The position numbers and the translations under genes are program-made. A stretch of DNA of 64,000 nucleotides from Carpediemonas membranifera BICM (lineage: Eukaryota; Protista; Fornicata). Numbering within the stretch: position 1 is the first letter of the stretch; the number at the start of each line of letters is the position of its first letter. The stretch covers positions 62,001-126,000 of the forward strand of contig JAHDYR010000009.1 of NCBI GenBank assembly GCA_019828565.1, in the 5' to 3' direction. Shown one piece after another: positions 59,351-64,000 of the stretch. The notes below the pieces were generated by a model. It ran no database searches. It was not told the origin of the DNA and saw only the letters and a program-made list of their open reading frames with translations.

Positions 59351-60679
59351 TTATTCAATGGCACCAAGGCTGTCACCAAGCTCAAAGAAGATGCCGTCAT
59401 GCTCCCAGCGCCGACGAACGCGACGCCATAAGTTATGCTCGTTGAGATAACGAGTGACAGGCATGGTGCGGCAAAGATCCTGGGTCAGGAAGGTCAGTGA
59501 CGGCAGCGGATAGCCCGAAAACTGGACGAGCAGGATGAACGACTCCTCCTGGCGGGCGTTCTCGTAGAGCTCGATGTGCTCTTTGACCTCCACCACACCG
59601 TACGCGGCGGACGTGTCCGTGAGCTGGAGCGTGAACAGCTCCTTGTTCATGGCAAGCTCCATAGCCGGGAGATGCTCAAGCCGGACACAGGTCCAATAGG
59701 CCCGAACGAAGTCGCGGGAGCGGGTGGCGGTCAGGCGCGAGGCACCGCGGTTCTCAGCCGCCATAAGCAGCGAGAACATGGCTGGGTGTCGGCCTGCCAT
59801 CACCACGCGCTTGAGGAGGTCCACCACCACATCACGAGAGACCGTGGCACCCGGCTCTCGAGTGCGCTTCAGCGCCAGGAGGGCTCCCTCAGCTGTGGCG
59901 ACGTGGTTTGTGGCAAACCGGTCGCTCGTCCCGCCCTGGACCAGAGCCGCGGCTACGGCGCGAGTGTCTTGGACACCCTCCATGGAGCGCTGGAGAGCGC
60001 ACCCGATGGCCGTCACCTCCGCGAACCGACGAAGGATGTCGGCAGAGACGTAAGCAGCCGTGACCTCGGTCATAGCGCTGCCGAAGAGCTTCCCGGTCTG
60101 AACTCGGTCGAGGAGGGCTGTGAAATTGACTTCGAAGCAGTTGGAGAAGCGAGCAGTGCTGATCTCCGCAAAGGTGGTGCGGAAGGTCTCGACCTGACGC
60201 TGCTCGCGTGCCGGAAGAGGTTCGGCGGACTCGGTCGGCTCGGCGACGGTCACAATGGCCCGAGGGGTTTCGACATTGGCGCGGTAACGGGTCTGTCGGT
60301 GGAATGGGCGGACGGGGACCTCGACGACACGCTGGTTGAACTCAGCGCCCAGCTCGCTCGTGCGGGTGATTGTTGTCTGAGCAGATTCGGGATGGCAGTC
60401 GGTGATGTGCCGTCCGGAGCGTCGAGGTCGGAGAACAGTGCGATCGGGAGCTGAACCAGCTTCTTGGTGCGAAATGGCATCACCATCGGTGGTCTCAGCG
60501 GTGTTGTCAGTGGATGGAGGCGTGTGAGAACCCTCAGTAGCTTCCTGGGAGCCGTCACCATTCAGCAGCTCGACATGCTTTCGCTTCAAGGCCTGAAGAT
60601 CGGAGATGAGCACACCAGTAGGATTGGCCGTCATATACTGGTCGATTGCAGCAAAGAGTTCCTCCTCTACGTTTGTCAT
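59351..60679 (-). CDS. Antisense accessory gene of F (442 aa) with C-terminal chromodomain-like module
   Basis: Uninterrupted ORF convergent with pol; homologous to the D' antisense ORF. Confidence 0.8.
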   Translation of the reverse strand: MTNVEEELFAAIDQYMTANPTGVLISDLQALKRKHVELLNGDGSQEATEGSHTPPSTDNTAETTDGDAISHQEAGSAPDRTVLRPRRSGRHITDCHPESAQTTITRTSELGAEFNQRVVEVPVRPFHRQTRYRANVETPRAIVTVAEPTESAEPLPAREQRQVETFRTTFAEISTARFSNCFEVNFTALLDRVQTGKLFGSAMTEVTAAYVSADILRRFAEVTAIGCALQRSMEGVQDTRAVAAALVQGGTSDRFATNHVATAEGALLALKRTREPGATVSRDVVVDLLKRVVMAGRHPAMFSLLMAAENRGASRLTATRSRDFVRAYWTCVRLEHLPAMELAMNKELFTLQLTDTSAAYGVVEVKEHIELYENARQEESFILLVQFSGYPLPSLTFLTQDLCRTMPVTRYLNEHNLWRRVRRRWEHDGIFFELGDSLGAIE

Positions 60680-63600
60680 AGCGCCGTTTGAAATCTGGGA
60701 GGCGTCCCAGATTTGATTTACATGTATACATGAGTTATATAATCTCAGGAGGACACCCACCGCGCAAGTTACAGACGCTGAGCACGCCTGTATAGCCAAT
60801 ACTGGACAAGGGACAGCCGTTCACGTATTCTCTCGCGCGTTTTATGCCGAGACGAGATCTCGAGGAAAAGGGGAAGAAAAACACCTCCAAGAAGTGATAA
60901 TGGACAAAGTTTATACGAAGAACGTGGTTTTGATGTTGGTTATTCATGATGGAGCTCGTATTCTGGGCACAAGAAGTCCGAGCGGAGACGAAGAGAAGAA
61001 AACTCCCGTATCTCGCCAAGGAAGCGGAATTGGAGCTAGTTAACTGCATTTTTGAAGCCTATGTAAGAAATAGCGGAAGAGGAGCACAAACCGCCAACTA
61101 TTCCGAATCAAGCCGAATGCATGACATAACCTGCACGGTTTGATGCAATCAGACAGAACACTGGTATGTATCGACTACTAGGAGGGGCAGGATCCCCAGG
61201 TAAGATACCCATGACACAGCGCGCTTATTTAGTGGTACCACGAGTCTTTTCGAATCTGTAGAATCTTTGCGCAATCTAGAAAATCTTTAGAGAATTTCCG
61301 TGGGTGGACTCCACGCCGGGCGATGGCTTAGGACGCTATGTCGTCAGCCTAGTCAACGGATACTATCCGGCGTACACGCAAGTCCCGTGTGCGCGACGGT
61401 CAGCCCTCTAAGTTGAACTTAGTTGGCATCCCCGGATCACTGGTCATTCCCCAGCGATCGACGGTTATAGGGTCAGCACTCTTGGGCTGTTCCCCCAAGA
61501 CCTGATTAACAATGGTATCCTTTTCGTGATGCTCTTAACAGAGCATGGGGGGGAAGTGTCAGCCATTTATATATGAGATACGTATTTGATACGGTCTTGA
61601 TCCGTCCAGCTCGACACCCTTGTGTCGAGCTCTCTTTGTAAAGTCTTTTTCCTTAGTGATCACATCGGTACGGCGTACCGATATGATGTTTCATCGATAG
61701 CTTCTCCACCATGGTGTCGACGAGCTGATTTCGGTATTGGGACCCACCGTCTGAATGGATTAAACGGGGTATACCGTAGTGGGCGACCCATTGTAATAGG
61801 GCCTCAGCTGCCTCTGCCGCAGTCGTGGAGTGGGTGGGGTATAACATCGTAAGCTTGGAGAACGTGTCGATGGCCACCACGATGTGGCGGTAACCGCCGC
61901 CAGATTCAGGTAGGGGTCCAACAGTGTCTACTTGTACTACGTCAAATGGAAGGCGTCCCATCGTCGAATGCCGGTCCTGCGGCACTCGCTCAGCTGTCTG
62001 CCGATGGACTTGGCAGACCGGGCAGGCCTTGACGAACTGTTTCACCTCATTGTACATCCCCTTCCACGTCTCTCCTTTTTCAATCAGGCGTTGTAGGGTA
62101 GCCCGAATGCCCAGATGTCCTTGTAAACCCCCATGTATGCTTTCGATCAGGTCAGTATGGCTCGTATCGGCACTTTGTAGGTGTACTAGACGGGACAAGC
62201 CGTCTGCACCGCCGTTGGCCACTCCTGGTACGTGTTCCACGGAATAGTTGAACCGTGCCATGGCCAGATGCCACCTAACCACCTTAGCGTTGGCAGAGGT
62301 GGCCAGGTAGAGCAGATTTTTGTGGTCAGTGCGCACAACGAACTCTCGTCCGATCAGTAGTCGCTCTGCCTTCTGCATTGCGAAATAAATCGCGAACGCC
62401 TCCTTCTCATACGTCGACCATCGGCGTTGGGTAGCGTCGAATGTCTTCGAGTAAAAGGCGATCGGACTAGGACCTGACGCGGATTCTTGCATCAGTACGG
62501 CACCTGCTGCGACATCACTTGCGTCGGTCTGCAATATCAGCTTCGACCCAGGCTTGGGGTGTACGAGCATTCTGTTGTCCAGCAGGCAGGTCTTGACGCG
62601 CTCAAATGCGTCTTGTTGGTCTGGTCCCCACTAAAACTTCCTGTTGGCCCGGGTGAGGGCCGCAAGGGGCTCAGTTATGTCCGCGTAGCGCTCAATCATG
62701 GGGCGGAAGTAGTTAACAGTCCCCAAGAGCGTACGAAGCGTCGACAGGTCACGGGGGGGTGCAAGATCGTGAATTCCTTGCAGGCGATCCTCTGCGATCC
62801 TCTTGCCGTCGGCGCTAACGGTCCATCCTAGATAATCGATCTCGGACGCAGCGAAGATGCACTTCTTCGCATTGAGACGGAGTCCTCGAGTGTGGAGTTT
62901 TCCGAGAACGGTCTCCAGGCGACGTAGAAATTCGGTTTTGTCCCGGCCGTAGACCACTACGTCGTCCACGTACACCAAACAGTCGGTGTACACGCTGCTT
63001 CCTAGCGCTGCCTCCAGGGCTCGTTGGCAGTACGCTGCAGCATTTTTTAGCCCAAAGGGCATCCTCGTATAACAGTATTTGACACCGTCAACGATAAAGG
63101 CCGTCATATCCTGGCATTCGTGTTTCAAGGGGATTTGAAGAAACGCCTTGCTCAAATCAAGGGCTGCAAAGTATGAGTTGCCCTGCAGCCTCTCTACGAG
63201 GTCGTCTATTAGAGGCAAGGGGTGGGTCAGGTCAGTCGTGATCTCGTTCAGACGTCTAAAGTCAAGGCACATGCGACGTGTACGGTCCCGCTTCCAAGCT
63301 AACACAACCGGGTTGTTGTACTGGCTCTCGGAACGTCTTATAACCGCCATGTTGCAAAGCTCCTCGACCTGTCGCTTCATCTCTTCCACTTCGCCCTCGC
63401 CGTAGCGGTAGGGCGGTACGTTGACCACTCTGTCATGTCGAAGGTCCAACCCGAATGGCTCCACATCGGCCGGCTCATCAATACCTCCGAACAACCCCCC
63501 TAGCTTCGCTAACACCTCTTCGACCTCCACGGTCAGGTCCATTATCACCGGCTTGGCATCATTGGTCTTCTGCGCGCTCGACAGGTAGACTTCTTCGTCA

Positions 63601-64000
63601 AACTCATCGCCCTCCAGCTCCAGGAACGTCTTGGTCCCTTCTCCAGCTGTTGGTAGGTGGATTTCCACCAAGCCCAAGGCCGTTAGCGTCGGGAATCCGA
63701 ACACTATCTGCGGCTTAAGCCTCGGTAGGATGTAGAGTACTAGCTTCGCCGTAGTACGGCGTCCTGTCTTCGGAATAACTCCTAGATCGATGTTGACTTC
63801 GATCATCTCATGCACGTTGTAAACCGTCCCGCCTTGCAATCGAACCTTCACGTTTGTGGGGATAATTTCATCCGCGAACCCCAACTCGTCGATCAACGTC
63901 TTGTCGACAAAATCTGCGTCGGCCCCGGTGTCTAGCAATGTGTTAACGTCGCGACCGTCTACACACACCACGGCTTCAGGACGCTTCGCGGTCCCCTGGG

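Larger units (their letters stand above)
55230..61664 (+). mobile_element. Gypsy element F, full length (6435 bp), inserted in the integrase of G
   Basis: Identical 108-bp LTRs 55230-55337 and 61557-61664; TSD TCGG; PPT GGGGGGGAAG; palindrome AGTAAGCTTACT 55337-55348. Confidence 0.95.
54304..64000 (-). mobile_element. Gypsy element G (runs off the window), interrupted by F; 3' LTR begins at 54419, outer boundary uncertain
   Basis: pol 64000-61665 joins 55229-54473 in frame (GTPYR|PASQG); LDTG, YVDD, chromodomain; in-frame TAG at 62631-62633; PPT GGGGAAGGAGCAG before TGTTCAGC. Confidence 0.85.

Noticed and set aside
61513-61520. TGGTATC, resembling a tRNA-Met PBS
   Set aside because: It lies just before the 3' LTR, not after the 5' LTR, and is too short.
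62631-62633. Stop-codon readthrough or recoding in G pol
   Set aside because: A single in-frame TAG in the usual KF(E)W motif is most simply a nonsense mutation; host genes use TAG as a stop.

Overview
This is eukaryotic, gene-dense, GC-rich DNA. The short introns (GTHYGT donor, branch point fused to the 3' AG) and TAAAT-type 3' signals suggest, by inference, a metamonad/fornicate protist. About 21 host genes are present, all on the + strand: WDR81-like, IMP4, RUVBL1, RBBP5, SDR, a tandem-duplicated NADP-GDH, syntaxin, RPB6, STK19, DPY30-like, PTEN, VPS36, EMC1, RCE1, EIF1AD and others. Two nests of chromodomain-type Ty3/Gypsy LTR retrotransposons occupy 26435-49343 (elements A, B, C, D, D', E, inserted in the VPS36 start codon) and about 54300-64000 (F inside G). 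Main discovery: these elements have very short LTRs (51-124 bp) and no tRNA primer-binding site. At all seven visible 5' LTR/internal junctions (six families) there is instead a perfect 10-12 bp palindrome that begins exactly at the terminal A of the LTR. Five different palindrome sequences occur, and one is kept intact in an otherwise decayed non-autonomous element. This points to a tRNA-independent, palindrome-based priming or dimerisation mechanism. Families D and F also carry a convergent antisense gene ending in a second, divergent chromodomain-like module. The longer introns fold into hairpins that restore an effective length of about 30 nt.
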